From: Hyphomicrobiales bacterium
Lineage (GTDB): Bacteria > Pseudomonadota > Alphaproteobacteria > Rhizobiales > JAJFHC01
Assembly: GCA_965198845.1 (NCBI GenBank)
Contig: CBDAQD010000001.1
Location: 20,733-84,732, forward strand
Direction: 5' to 3'
Length of the DNA stretch: 64,000 nt
Below, in pieces: positions 34,730 through 43,875 of the stretch. Numbering within the stretch: position 1 is the stretch's first letter; every line of letters begins with the position of its first letter. The notes beneath the pieces are model-generated. The model had not been told where the DNA came from and did no database searches. It saw only the letters and a program-made list of their open reading frames with translations. The translations under genes were made by a program, and so were the position numbers.

Positions 34730-35932
34730 ATGCAGCCCCTGCCCTGGACACCGGATTTCGACACCTGGCCGATCACGCACGCGATTTCGGATGCACGTGC
34801 GGATGGCCCGGCCATCCACGTCACCTGGGACGACGGCCGGACTTCGGCATTTCATGCGCTCTTCCTGCGCGAGAACAGTCCTGACGAGGAGACAATTAAC
34901 TCGGTCTCGCGCGAGGCGGTGACGTCGCCGCTCGACTTCGCGGAAGACCTCACGGCGCAGGCCGTGTCGGTCGACGGCGCAGGCGCGCTTGTCGTCACCT
35001 GGTCGCACGGCGGGCATGTCAGCAGGTTCCATCCGGGATGGCTGCGCGCGCACGCTTGGTTCGAGGACAATGCGCGCCGTGACACGCGGGTACTGTGGAC
35101 GGCCGACGACCTGACCGCGCCGCCGACGTTTTCCGGCGAGCAGGCGCTCGTGGACGACGCCGTGTTCCTGTCCTGGCTGCAAGCACTCAGGGATTTCGGC
35201 GTCGCGCGGCTGGAAGGACTCGCAAACGAGGACGGACTGCTCGAAGCGGTCGTCTCGAGGATCGGCCCGGTGCGCGAATCCAACTTCGGCCGTACATACA
35301 CGCTTGAGATCAAGGACGAGCCTGATTCCAACGCGTTCACGTCCGACGCCCTGCTCCAGCATATCGACATGCCGACGCGGGAAAACCCGCATGGCCTCCA
35401 GTTCCTGTTCTGCCGGGAGAACTCGACCACGGGCGGACGCGGCATCTATGCGGACGCCTACCGGATCGCCGAGGACATTCGGGCGGAAGAACCGGAGCAC
35501 TTCCGGTCCCTCGTCACGGATATCTGGGAATACAACAACCGGTCCAAGACGTCCGACTACCGGGCTTCGGGACCTGTCGTCGAGACCGACGGAAGCGGCC
35601 GTATCACGGGCATCCGCTACAACACCTGGCTCAGGGCGCCGCTCATCGCGCCGCTCGACGTTCAGGAGCGCGCCTACAAGGCCGTGCGCGCTTTCGCGGC
35701 CCGCGCCCAGTCGGACAAGTACCAGCTGAAATTCACCTACCGGCCGGGAGACCTGCTTGCGTTCGACAACCGCCGGGCGCTTCACGGCCGTGACGGTTAC
35801 GACGCCGCCGGCGGCACGCGCTTCATCGAGGGCGTCTACGCCGACCGGGACGATCTTCACTCGACGATCCGGACACTCGAACGAAAGCTGGCGCAAGACC
35901 CCGCCGGCCAGGACTCACAGGAGCAATCATGA
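34730..35932 (+). CDS. TauD/TfdA-family Fe(II)/2OG dioxygenase with N-terminal DUF971 domain (gamma-butyrobetaine hydroxylase-like)
   Basis: Start MQPLPWTPDF. DUF971-like HVTWDDGRTSAFHALFLRENSPDE, HID facial-triad region LLQHIDMP, and NRRALHGR. Confidence 0.8.
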   Translation: MQPLPWTPDFDTWPITHAISDARADGPAIHVTWDDGRTSAFHALFLRENSPDEETINSVSREAVTSPLDFAEDLTAQAVSVDGAGALVVTWSHGGHVSRFHPGWLRAHAWFEDNARRDTRVLWTADDLTAPPTFSGEQALVDDAVFLSWLQALRDFGVARLEGLANEDGLLEAVVSRIGPVRESNFGRTYTLEIKDEPDSNAFTSDALLQHIDMPTRENPHGLQFLFCRENSTTGGRGIYADAYRIAEDIRAEEPEHFRSLVTDIWEYNNRSKTSDYRASGPVVETDGSGRITGIRYNTWLRAPLIAPLDVQERAYKAVRAFAARAQSDKYQLKFTYRPGDLLAFDNRRALHGRDGYDAAGGTRFIEGVYADRDDLHSTIRTLERKLAQDPAGQDSQEQS

Positions 35933-36699
35933 CCTTGGCTCACGCGCAATTCTCACCGAACCCGGCCTGGAGCGCCGGCGAACTTCAGGCACGGACCGAC
36001 CTTGCGGCCCTGTTTCGCATTCTCGGCCATTACGGCATGTCAGACCTTGCCAACGGCGCCGTCGCCGCGCGCGTGCCGGACGAACCCGGGCACTATCTCG
36101 TGCATCCCTACGGCATGTTCTGGGAGGAGGCCACGGCGTCCAGCTTCGTGAAGATCGACAGCGCCGGACAGCCGGTCGATCCGGACGGACCATGGCTGAA
36201 TGACGGTGTTCAGAACCTGTGCATGTGGATCTTCGGGTCACGGCCCGAGGCCAACTTCTTCGTCCACGGCCACGAGGAGGAAGTGATGGCGGTCGGATCG
36301 ATCGAGGACGGGATCATGCCGCTGAACCAGCCGGCGGTCTATCTCGCCAACATCACGGGCTACATCGAGTATGAATTCGAGGAGGACGAGGCATTCGGCG
36401 AGCATTTCGTCGAGACGCTTGGCGGCCACCAGATCCTGATCAGCCGCAACCACGGCTATTACGCGCTCGGGACGACCGCGGCGGAAGCTTTCTTCCGCGC
36501 CTATTTTCTGAGGCAGACCTGCTCAGCGCAGATCAAGACGCTTTCGATGGGACGGGAACTGCATCTGATGGATCCGCAGCGGGTGGCCCGATACCAGGAC
36601 CAGATGGCGGTATCCGACCACTACAATTACAACGGTGAAACGGAATGGCCGGGGTTGCTGCGGATGCTCGACCGCACCCAGCCGGACTACAAGACCTAA
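35929..36699 (+). CDS. Class II aldolase/adducin-family protein
   Basis: 256 aa. Its ATG overlaps the upstream stop. FFVHGHEEEVMAV metal-binding region. Confidence 0.8.
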   Translation: MTLAHAQFSPNPAWSAGELQARTDLAALFRILGHYGMSDLANGAVAARVPDEPGHYLVHPYGMFWEEATASSFVKIDSAGQPVDPDGPWLNDGVQNLCMWIFGSRPEANFFVHGHEEEVMAVGSIEDGIMPLNQPAVYLANITGYIEYEFEEDEAFGEHFVETLGGHQILISRNHGYYALGTTAAEAFFRAYFLRQTCSAQIKTLSMGRELHLMDPQRVARYQDQMAVSDHYNYNGETEWPGLLRMLDRTQPDYKT

Positions 36700-36720
36700 G
36701 CGGAAACCGCAGTTTCCGGG

Positions 36721-36906
36721 CTAGTTGTCCTTCGTTTCGTCCTGCTCGGCACTCTCGTCGTCCTGACGTGCGCCGTGACGCTCAGCCGTCGTGCTGGCCA
36801 GCCGCTCCATGGCACCAATAAGACTGAGCACTTCGCTCACCTCGGGGCTGATCGGTCTCGGCCGGACGATTTCCGGTTCGACGCGTGCGGTTGATTGCTT
36901 GGCCAT
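36721..36906 (-). CDS. Small hypothetical protein (61 aa)
   Basis: GAGGAGA RBS upstream of ATG 36906. Acidic C-terminus. Confidence 0.5.
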   Translation of the reverse strand: MAKQSTARVEPEIVRPRPISPEVSEVLSLIGAMERLASTTAERHGARQDDESAEQDETKDN

Positions 36907-37209
36907 GGCCGGTTCTCCTCAAACTCAACTCAGACTGGCGCTCCTGCCGTTAAGCAGGACAGTGCTACTCTGTCAGCCCCTCCCTGAACCGAGCCGAAGT
37001 ACGCCGTTCACCTGTTATTCATGCGGCCGGCGCGTCTTCGAACCGTTCCATTGTGCGCCCAGAATGCTAACGAATGGCAAAGATCAGGACGCCCAACGGC
37101 AACAAATCCGACGGCACGCCGACGCGCCGCCAAACGCGATTCAGTACTCAGCCAATGTGGCCGGACTTTGGATTCGAGAGGGCTTGATTCAGGCCGCTCG
37201 TGTACGCCT

Positions 37210-38367
37210 TCAGTCCTTGCGCAGCAGGAATTCGCGGCCGACTTTCACGCTCGACTTGCCGTCATATTCGATGATGTCGGCCGTGGCGTAGGTTTCCGAC
37301 CATTTCTGCGGCAGGAACGAACCGGTACCGATGGTATCGATCGGCGCCTGGGCCTCTGCCATGACCTTGCACTTCTCAGGCCCGAATCCGGAGGAGGCGA
37401 CGATGTCGACGGACGGGAAGCCGGCCTCGTCGAGACGCTCGCGCAGGTGCCAGACGGCGGCGGCCGAAACGCCGGTGCCGATCAGATGACGAAGCTGGCT
37501 TTCTGTCCGGTAGCCGCGCACGGCATCCGGCACATGGCGCTCAAGAACCGCGTAGGACTCCGGCGGGTCGAGTCCCTCGATATAGCGGCCGCCGGGCGTG
37601 TCAATACGCAGGCCGAGCCGGCCGTCATTGGCAAGTTCGGGGAAGCGCTCGCAGACCGCAATCGAGTCCGTCACCTCAAGACCGTAATAGTCGACCAGAA
37701 CGGTCATCGGCTTGTCCGGATAGGCCTCGTGGAACATCTCGGCCGCGCGCACCGTCGATCCGGCATAACCGATAATGGCATGGGGCATGGTGCCCATGCC
37801 GCCGTCCTGCCCGAAATAATGGGCAGTGGCATCGGTGGCGTTGCCGAGGAAGCCCTTCGCGCCCGCCTTGTCCCTGGCCCGGCTGGAGCCGACCGCGGCC
37901 GCATAGGCCATCAGTTCCGCCATCTCGGTGCCGGCGCAGTGGCGGGCATCAAAGGCGAGGAACTGGACTTTCGGCAGGTCAACGCAGATCGTGAACGCGT
38001 TGTAGGCCGCAACACAGGCAGCACCCAGTTTCTGAAGGAAGATGGTCTCCAGGTCCACCAGATGGCTGAACGGACCTGTGACGTAAAGCATCGGCTCACC
38101 GGCGCCGACCCAGCGGCCTTCCGCGTAATTGAGCTCGATCTCGAACCGTGTGTTGCGTGCAGCCGCAACGGCCTCCAGCCATTCGATGGCGAGACGCGGC
38201 GCGGAGACCACGGGACGCCGCATGAAGATGGCGTAGGTCACCGGCACATCGCCGAACTTCTCGACGATACCCTTCGACAAATTGAAGTAGTGATCGGTCC
38301 AGCGCGCGACATGGTCGGCTGGCGGCCACGGCTGCGTGGCGCCGGTTGTGCTCGGCGGTTTGTTCAT
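37210..38367 (-). CDS. Nicotinate phosphoribosyltransferase-family enzyme
   Basis: Start MNKPPSTTGATQPW (GGGAGGA RBS). 385 aa with GMGTMPHAIIGYAG and SSGFGPEKC family motifs. Confidence 0.8.
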   Translation of the reverse strand: MNKPPSTTGATQPWPPADHVARWTDHYFNLSKGIVEKFGDVPVTYAIFMRRPVVSAPRLAIEWLEAVAAARNTRFEIELNYAEGRWVGAGEPMLYVTGPFSHLVDLETIFLQKLGAACVAAYNAFTICVDLPKVQFLAFDARHCAGTEMAELMAYAAAVGSSRARDKAGAKGFLGNATDATAHYFGQDGGMGTMPHAIIGYAGSTVRAAEMFHEAYPDKPMTVLVDYYGLEVTDSIAVCERFPELANDGRLGLRIDTPGGRYIEGLDPPESYAVLERHVPDAVRGYRTESQLRHLIGTGVSAAAVWHLRERLDEAGFPSVDIVASSGFGPEKCKVMAEAQAPIDTIGTGSFLPQKWSETYATADIIEYDGKSSVKVGREFLLRKD

Positions 38368-38530
38368 TCCTGCCGTCCTCCCGATCTGGCGGCTCCGATC
38401 TGCCCAGGCGGCATTATCCTCTTTGTCAGCAATCATACAAGCGTCGAACTGAAGTCCGGCGTCACGGTGCCGGCAAAGGCAAAAAGAAACGCCGGCTCGA
38501 ATTCCCGGACCGGCGCTTCCCACCAATCAG

Positions 38531-38558
38531 AAACCGGCGCCATGGAGTTCGCCGGTTT
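38531..38558 (-). terminator. Hairpin terminator after the CNPC-repeat gene
   Basis: AAACCGGCG / CGCCGGTTT 9-bp stem (38531-39 and 38550-58) with an 10-nt loop, followed on the minus strand by UUUCUGAUU. Confidence 0.5.
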
Positions 38559-38570
38559 GCGATCGCTAAA

Positions 38571-38873
38571 TCAGTTCGTCTTTGCAGCCTTGCACGGGTT
38601 GCAAGGATTGCACTTGGCGGCTGCGCACGGATTGCAGGGATTGCAAGCCTTTGCAGCGGCACACGGATTACAGGGATTGCAGGCTTTTGCGGCCGCACAC
38701 GGGTTGCACGGATTGCAGGCCTTCTTGGCTGCCTTGCACGGGTTACAAGCCGCGGCAGCAGGCGTCGCGTCAATCGTCGTCACGGCGGTGACGGCCGGAA
38801 CGGCCAGAGCCAGGCCGAACAGAACCGGGATGGTCGCAGTCGACGAAAGAAGCTTTTTTGTGGTCTTACGCAT
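38571..38873 (-). CDS. Secreted Cys-rich CNPC-repeat peptide (100 aa precursor)
   Basis: GAGGAAA RBS. Signal peptide MRKTTKKLLSSTATIPVLFGLALAVPAVTAV, followed by CNPCKAAKKA-(CNPCNPCAAAKA)x2-CNPCNPCAAAK-CNPCNPCKAAKTN. 14 Cys in about 58 residues. Confidence 0.75.
   Translation of the reverse strand: MRKTTKKLLSSTATIPVLFGLALAVPAVTAVTTIDATPAAAACNPCKAAKKACNPCNPCAAAKACNPCNPCAAAKACNPCNPCAAAKCNPCNPCKAAKTN
38574..38747. repeat. 36-nt-period in-frame tandem repeat encoding the CNPCNPCAAAKA units
   Basis: The copies differ mainly at synonymous positions (for example cacggattgcagggattgcaagcc, cacggattacagggattgcaggct and cacgggttgcacggattgcaggcc). Confidence 0.85.
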
Positions 38874-39114
38874 GAGTTGTTTTCCTCACCAATTCGGAAG
38901 AGTGAATGGGCACAAACGCCACGCATCAAAGGTAGTCAGACTTTGGGGCGAAAGCCCGTCACAACTCGTCACGGCCAATAACAATTCCGTGTGCGTCACT
39001 ATGGGGTGGAAATGGCGAAAATCCGCAAAAAAGCAGCCGTTCCGACCAGTGGCCGGAAATCGAAAAATGGCACGGGCGTGGCAGCCGCGCCCGCCGGTGT
39101 CAGGACGTCCGAAT

Positions 39115-39834
39115 TCAGGCGGCGACGCTTGAAAGCGCCCGGTTCACACCGGCCGCCTGCTTGGCAACGTCAATGCGCATGATCGAGGTGATCTCAAGGT
39201 CACGGTCCTCGTAGACGTCGACTCCGGGATGGGACGCGGCCCAGTTTGCGACCGCGCGGTCGCGTTCGAGCAGCAGGGCTTCCGCCTGCGGCCGGAACAG
39301 GCGCATCATCGCGCCGATCCACTTGTTGACCGCAAGACACGGATAGACATGGTCGACCTCGAACCTGTCGATCATGCCGATGACATCCTCGGCCTTGTAG
39401 TAGGTCTCGCCGGTGACCCAGCGGTTGGTCGTGAACATGGCAATCGGGAAGCCCGGCCGGTTCATCGAGATGGCGACAAAATGAGTCAGCGCATCATTGC
39501 CCATCGGCCGTTCGCCGTCGCCGTCATAGGGGGCAGGCTCGGTTTTCTTCGGCATGCCCTTGGCCCGCAGGAAGGTATGAAAATGACCGTGCTCGCCAGT
39601 CTCGCCGCGGTGGGCATGATAATAGTACTGGCTGTGCGTTTCCTGGTCGTAGACATCGCCGGAAGGGTAGTGGTCGAACTCGTAGAACGTGCCCTGATGC
39701 GCCAGCACCTGGCCGACGATATTGGCGCTCGCCTTTTTCAGAAGGCGGTATGATTCCTCGATTTCCAGCGCAGCGGCGGCCATGTCCTCCAGGCGCTCGC
39801 GCGGCAGGTCTTCGAACTTCAACTTGAACTTCAT
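39115..39834 (-). CDS. Conserved hypothetical protein with a His-rich motif (DUF6969-like?)
   Basis: 239 aa with coding-like composition and the motif YYYHAHRGETGEHGHFHTF. The family name is only a recollection. Confidence 0.6.
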   Translation of the reverse strand: MKFKLKFEDLPRERLEDMAAAALEIEESYRLLKKASANIVGQVLAHQGTFYEFDHYPSGDVYDQETHSQYYYHAHRGETGEHGHFHTFLRAKGMPKKTEPAPYDGDGERPMGNDALTHFVAISMNRPGFPIAMFTTNRWVTGETYYKAEDVIGMIDRFEVDHVYPCLAVNKWIGAMMRLFRPQAEALLLERDRAVANWAASHPGVDVYEDRDLEITSIMRIDVAKQAAGVNRALSSVAA

Positions 39835-39938
39835 GGCCAGAATTCTCCGCTTACGGCCTATCTCGCTCTAGTATCTAATTGAGTACGAGGATGCCGGAAA
39901 CAAAACACCGCGTCAAAACTCCGTGAGGTCGCCGAACC

Positions 39939-41153
39939 GTGCCAGAACCGAATGTCCGCCTGTCACCGGGAGAATTCGACTTCTATCAGGATCCCTATGC
40001 GGCCTACCGCCGGTTTCATGACATCGGCGAGGCGTTTTTCTGGGAAGATTACGGGCACTGGTGCTTCGCCTCGTTCGAAGACGTCAACACGATCCTGCGC
40101 GACCGCCGGTTCGGCCGGGAGATCCTGCATGTCACGTCCCGCGAAACGCTCGGCTGGCCCGAAATCCCGGCACGGCTCGCTCCGTTCTACGACTTCGAAG
40201 CCCGCTCGATGCTGGAGCGCGAACCGCCGGAGCACACCCGGCTCAGGAGCCTCGTGAACCGGGCGTTCGTGTCCAGGCAGGTCGAACGCATGCGGCCCTC
40301 GATCGCCACACTCGCGAATACGCTGATCGACAAGATCGAACATGAGCGATCCGCGGATCTGCTTCCGGCCTTCGCCGAACCGATCCCGGTGACGGTCATT
40401 GCCGACCTCCTCGGCGTGCCTGCCGACATGGCAGACCAGTTGCTCGACTGGTCGCACAGAATGGTTGCCATGTACCAGTTCAACCGCACGCGCGAGGCCG
40501 AGGACTCCGCGGTGGCGGCAACGATCGCCTTCACGGACTTCATGCGCGGGCACGTCGAGGCGCGCCGGACCAGTCCGGGGGACGATCTCCTGAGCCATCT
40601 GATCGCGGTGGAGGAACAGGGCGAACGGCTTTCGACGGAAGAGCTCATCACCAACGCCATCCTGCTCCTGAACGCCGGTCACGAGGCAACCGTCCACGCC
40701 ATCGGCAATGCAATCAAGGTGCTTCTGGAGACAGACGCCGATCCGGCGACCCTGTTCGCGAACCGGGAGACGACGGCGGCGACGGTCGAGGAACTTCTGC
40801 GTTTCGATGCGCCGCTGCACATGTTCACGCGCTATGCGCTTAAGGACATGCAGGTCAAGTCACTCGCGCTCAAGCAGGGTGATGTGGTCGGTGTCCTGCT
40901 CGGTGCGGCCAACCGCGATCCGGTGCGCTTCGAGGATCCGGATCGGTTCGACCCGACCCGCACCGACGGCGGCAACGTGAGTTTCGGCGCCGGCATCCAT
41001 TTCTGCCTCGGCGCCCCGCTCGCCAGACTGGAGCTCGAGGTCGCACTTCCGATCCTGTTCGAACGCCTGCCCGGCCTCAGACTTGCGGACACGCCGCGCT
41101 ACGCGAACCGCTATCACTTCCGGGGGCTCGAAGCCCTGCCGGTCGCGTGGTGA
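39939..41153 (+). CDS. Cytochrome P450
   Basis: GTG start. 404 aa with an EELLRF (ExxR) motif and the heme loop FGAGIHFCLGAPLA. Confidence 0.9.
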   Translation: MPEPNVRLSPGEFDFYQDPYAAYRRFHDIGEAFFWEDYGHWCFASFEDVNTILRDRRFGREILHVTSRETLGWPEIPARLAPFYDFEARSMLEREPPEHTRLRSLVNRAFVSRQVERMRPSIATLANTLIDKIEHERSADLLPAFAEPIPVTVIADLLGVPADMADQLLDWSHRMVAMYQFNRTREAEDSAVAATIAFTDFMRGHVEARRTSPGDDLLSHLIAVEEQGERLSTEELITNAILLLNAGHEATVHAIGNAIKVLLETDADPATLFANRETTAATVEELLRFDAPLHMFTRYALKDMQVKSLALKQGDVVGVLLGAANRDPVRFEDPDRFDPTRTDGGNVSFGAGIHFCLGAPLARLELEVALPILFERLPGLRLADTPRYANRYHFRGLEALPVAW

Positions 41154-41198
41154 CGCGGCACCTGTTCATCACGAGGTGGCGGGAGTAGTCTCGCGACC

Positions 41199-41669
41199 AT
41201 GGACGAGGACGACGAACTGATCATCACCGACGGTCGCCAGTCGGAGGAGGCTGCTGCCGTGCAGCGGGGCACCTGCAGGATGCTGCGCGCCATGGGGCTG
41301 GCGTCGGTGACGGAACTGCCGCTCGCCAACGGACGGCGCGCCGACATCCTTGCAATGGACCGCAAGGGCGACATCACGATCATCGAGATCAAGTCGTCGA
41401 TCGCGGATTTTCGCGCCGATTCAAAGTGGCCCGAATATCGGGACTTTTGCGATCTGCTGTATTTCGCGATCCCGGCGGACGTGCCGCCCGAAATCATGCC
41501 GGAAGATGCAGGACTGATCATCGCGGACCGGTTCGGTGCGGAAATCATGCGGCCGGCGGACGAGCACCGTCTCGCCGCAGCCCGGCGCAAGGCAGTCACG
41601 CTCCGGTTCGCCCGCGCCTGCGCACTCAGGCTGCAGGGCGTCAACGACCCTGGTCACATGCTGGATTGA
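41199..41669 (+). CDS. mmcB: MmcB-family DNA repair protein (PD-(D/E)XK fold)
   Basis: 156 aa with RADILAMDRKGDITIIEIKSSIADFRAD (D...ExK) and YRDFCDLLYFAIP. Confidence 0.75.
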   Translation: MDEDDELIITDGRQSEEAAAVQRGTCRMLRAMGLASVTELPLANGRRADILAMDRKGDITIIEIKSSIADFRADSKWPEYRDFCDLLYFAIPADVPPEIMPEDAGLIIADRFGAEIMRPADEHRLAAARRKAVTLRFARACALRLQGVNDPGHMLD

Positions 41670-41691
41670 TTTTCGGGACCGGCTCGATGCG

Positions 41692-42246
41692 TTACCGCGG
41701 TGCGCGTTTGGCGAGGATACGCTGCAGCGTCCGGCGATGCATGTTCAGGCGGCGCGCGGTTTCCGACACGTTGCGGTCGCACAACTCGTAAACCCGCTGA
41801 ATGTGTTCCCAGCGGACACGGTCGGCGGACATCGGGTTTTCCGGCGGATCGGCCTTTTCGCCGGGTTCGGCCAGAAGCGCCGCGCAGACATCGTCGGCAT
41901 CCGCAGGTTTGGCAAGATAGTCCACTGCGCCTAGCTTCACCGCGTTCACGGCGGTGGCGATGTTGCCGTATCCGGTCAGCACGATGGCACGGGCGTCCGG
42001 TCTGGCCTCATGCAATGCGGAGATCACATCAAGACCGTTGCCGTCCTCCAGGCGCATGTCGACAACGGCAAAGGCCGGCGGAGCGCGGCGCACGGCATCA
42101 ATGCCGGCGGCGACATTGTCGACCGCTTCAACCGCAAACCCGCGGGACGTCATGGCCCGGGCGAGGCGGTTCAGAAACGGCGTGTCGTCGTCGACGAGCA
42201 GCAGCGTCGCGTCTTCAGGCAGGTCCAGTGTGCTGTCGTTGGTCAT
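41692..42246 (-). CDS. actR: Redox response regulator ActR/RegA/PrrA
   Basis: Start MTNDSTLDLPEDATLLLVDDD. Receiver domain plus the invariant RegA HTH NVSETARRLNMHRRTLQRILAKRAP. Confidence 0.9.
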   Translation of the reverse strand: MTNDSTLDLPEDATLLLVDDDTPFLNRLARAMTSRGFAVEAVDNVAAGIDAVRRAPPAFAVVDMRLEDGNGLDVISALHEARPDARAIVLTGYGNIATAVNAVKLGAVDYLAKPADADDVCAALLAEPGEKADPPENPMSADRVRWEHIQRVYELCDRNVSETARRLNMHRRTLQRILAKRAPR

Positions 42247-42355
42247 AGTGGACTCTGAGGTTCCAGACCGTTCATCAAGGCGTGTCACTATACTGTCACG
42301 ATATTCCATAGCAAAATTCGCAATCTCCCAGCGGCAAAGCCAGCGGTTTCGAAAT

Positions 42356-43735
42356 TTATCCTGAATCCTTACCGGATATAGATAGATCTACGGCCTCCCG
42401 GGGCCACTCGACGCGCACAATAGCCCCATGTGAGGGCAAAGGTCTATTGGCAAGCGTCACCCAGGCGCCGGACCGTTCCAGCAGGGTCTTGGCAATGAAA
42501 AAGCCCAATCCCATGCCCTCCTGGCCGCCGTCCGTGCGCGGCGTCAGCCCGCGCGAGCGCCGCGTGGTCACGTACGGCTCACCGAGCTTGTCTATGATCT
42601 CCTGTGCGAAGCCCGGTCCGTCATCCTCGATCTTGATGACCACGGAACGGTCATCCCAGGCTGCGCGCACGTCGACCCAGGTTGACGCGAAATCGGCAGC
42701 GTTGTCCGTCAGGTTGCCCAGCCCATGCAACATACCGGCGTTGCGCCGGACTTCCGGTTCCGGCCCCTCTCCCTGGAGCGATACGGAGATTGTCACGTCA
42801 CCGGACCGCAGCGGCTCGACAATCTCTTCCAGCATGGCCGAAAGCCGCATCCGTCCGAACATCGCGTCACCCTCGTCCGGATGCTGGGTCAGCGTCGAGA
42901 GGATGCGGCGGCAGCGTTCGGTCTGGGTGTTGAGGAGGTCGAGATCCTCGGCAAAGACTTCTGCGTTCGGCAGTTCACGCTTCAGTTCCTTCGCCACCAG
43001 CGCGATCGTCGCCAGCGGAGTCCCGAGCTCGTGCGCGGCGGCGGCCGCAAGACCGTCCAGTGCCGAAAGCTGCTGTTCGCGGGCGAGGACCATTTCCGTC
43101 GCCGCCAGCGCGTTGGACATGCGCCGGGTTTCCTCCGACACGCGCCAGGCATAGATGCCGTTGAAGACAAGACCGCAGACCAGAGCCGTCCACATGCCGA
43201 TCAGGTAGATCGACGGCAGATGCAGCGGATCATCCGGATTCCATGGCAGCGGCTGATGCTCGATCGACAGGAAAGTGATGCAGGCCAGAGTCAGGCACTG
43301 GATCAGAACCGTCCTGCGCAATGGCAATGTGGCCGCCGAAATTGTCGCCGGCACGAGAAACAGGAACGAAAACGGGTTCTGCAGCCCCCCGGTCAGGTAG
43401 AGCAGACAGGCGAGCTGCAGGACGTCATAGGCGAGCAGCAGCGCGGCATAGCGGTTGCGCAGCCGCAGGTTCGCCCTATACCGGATCGCCAGGAATATAT
43501 TGAGCCACGCCGACGTCGCGATAACCGCGAGGCAGGGGCCGAGGGCCAGGGGAAACCCGAGCCCGAAATAGACGATCAGTACAGCCGTCGACTGACCCGC
43601 CACGGCAAGCCAACGGAGGCGCACCAGGGTCTGCAAGCGCAACCGGCTGGCGCCCGGCCGCTGACGCGACGGGGCGAACGGGATCGGCGGCGACTGGCCA
43701 CCGCGCAATTCGATTGTTTCCAGACCGGTGGTCAT
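42356..43735 (-). CDS. actS: Sensor histidine kinase ActS/RegB/PrrB
   Basis: 459 aa with multiple TM helices, the H-box AAAAHELGTPLATI, and the G-boxes DDGPGF and GMGLGFFIAK. Confidence 0.9.
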   Translation of the reverse strand: MTTGLETIELRGGQSPPIPFAPSRQRPGASRLRLQTLVRLRWLAVAGQSTAVLIVYFGLGFPLALGPCLAVIATSAWLNIFLAIRYRANLRLRNRYAALLLAYDVLQLACLLYLTGGLQNPFSFLFLVPATISAATLPLRRTVLIQCLTLACITFLSIEHQPLPWNPDDPLHLPSIYLIGMWTALVCGLVFNGIYAWRVSEETRRMSNALAATEMVLAREQQLSALDGLAAAAAHELGTPLATIALVAKELKRELPNAEVFAEDLDLLNTQTERCRRILSTLTQHPDEGDAMFGRMRLSAMLEEIVEPLRSGDVTISVSLQGEGPEPEVRRNAGMLHGLGNLTDNAADFASTWVDVRAAWDDRSVVIKIEDDGPGFAQEIIDKLGEPYVTTRRSRGLTPRTDGGQEGMGLGFFIAKTLLERSGAWVTLANRPLPSHGAIVRVEWPREAVDLSISGKDSG

Positions 43736-43875
43736 TCTCGTTCCGGTTTCGTCATGTGATCAGCACCACAATCATCTACTTTATATCAGACGCAAGCCTT
43801 ATGATCGCAGTTAGCACGGCACGAAAGCGACCGCATTCGTCATCGGTTGCGTTCGTGCCAATCCGGATTGAATCG

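Noticed and set aside
34727-35896. 389-aa minus-strand ORF (with similar cases at 45711-47048, 62015-63172, 51728-52978, 29687-31012 and 39963-40820)
   Set aside because: All lie antisense to genes with clear family motifs and have Arg/Gly/Pro-rich shadow composition.
38574-38747. 36-nt periodic repeat, considered as a possible CRISPR-like array
   Set aside because: The repeats are contiguous with no spacers. They are in frame within a CDS that has a signal peptide and an RBS, and they vary at synonymous sites. This is a coding repeat.
37021-39132. 703-aa plus-strand ORF
   Set aside because: It is antisense to the NAPRTase-family gene and the CNPC-repeat gene. Its apparent repeat (AAHGLQGLQAF) is just the reverse-strand reading of the CNPC repeat.
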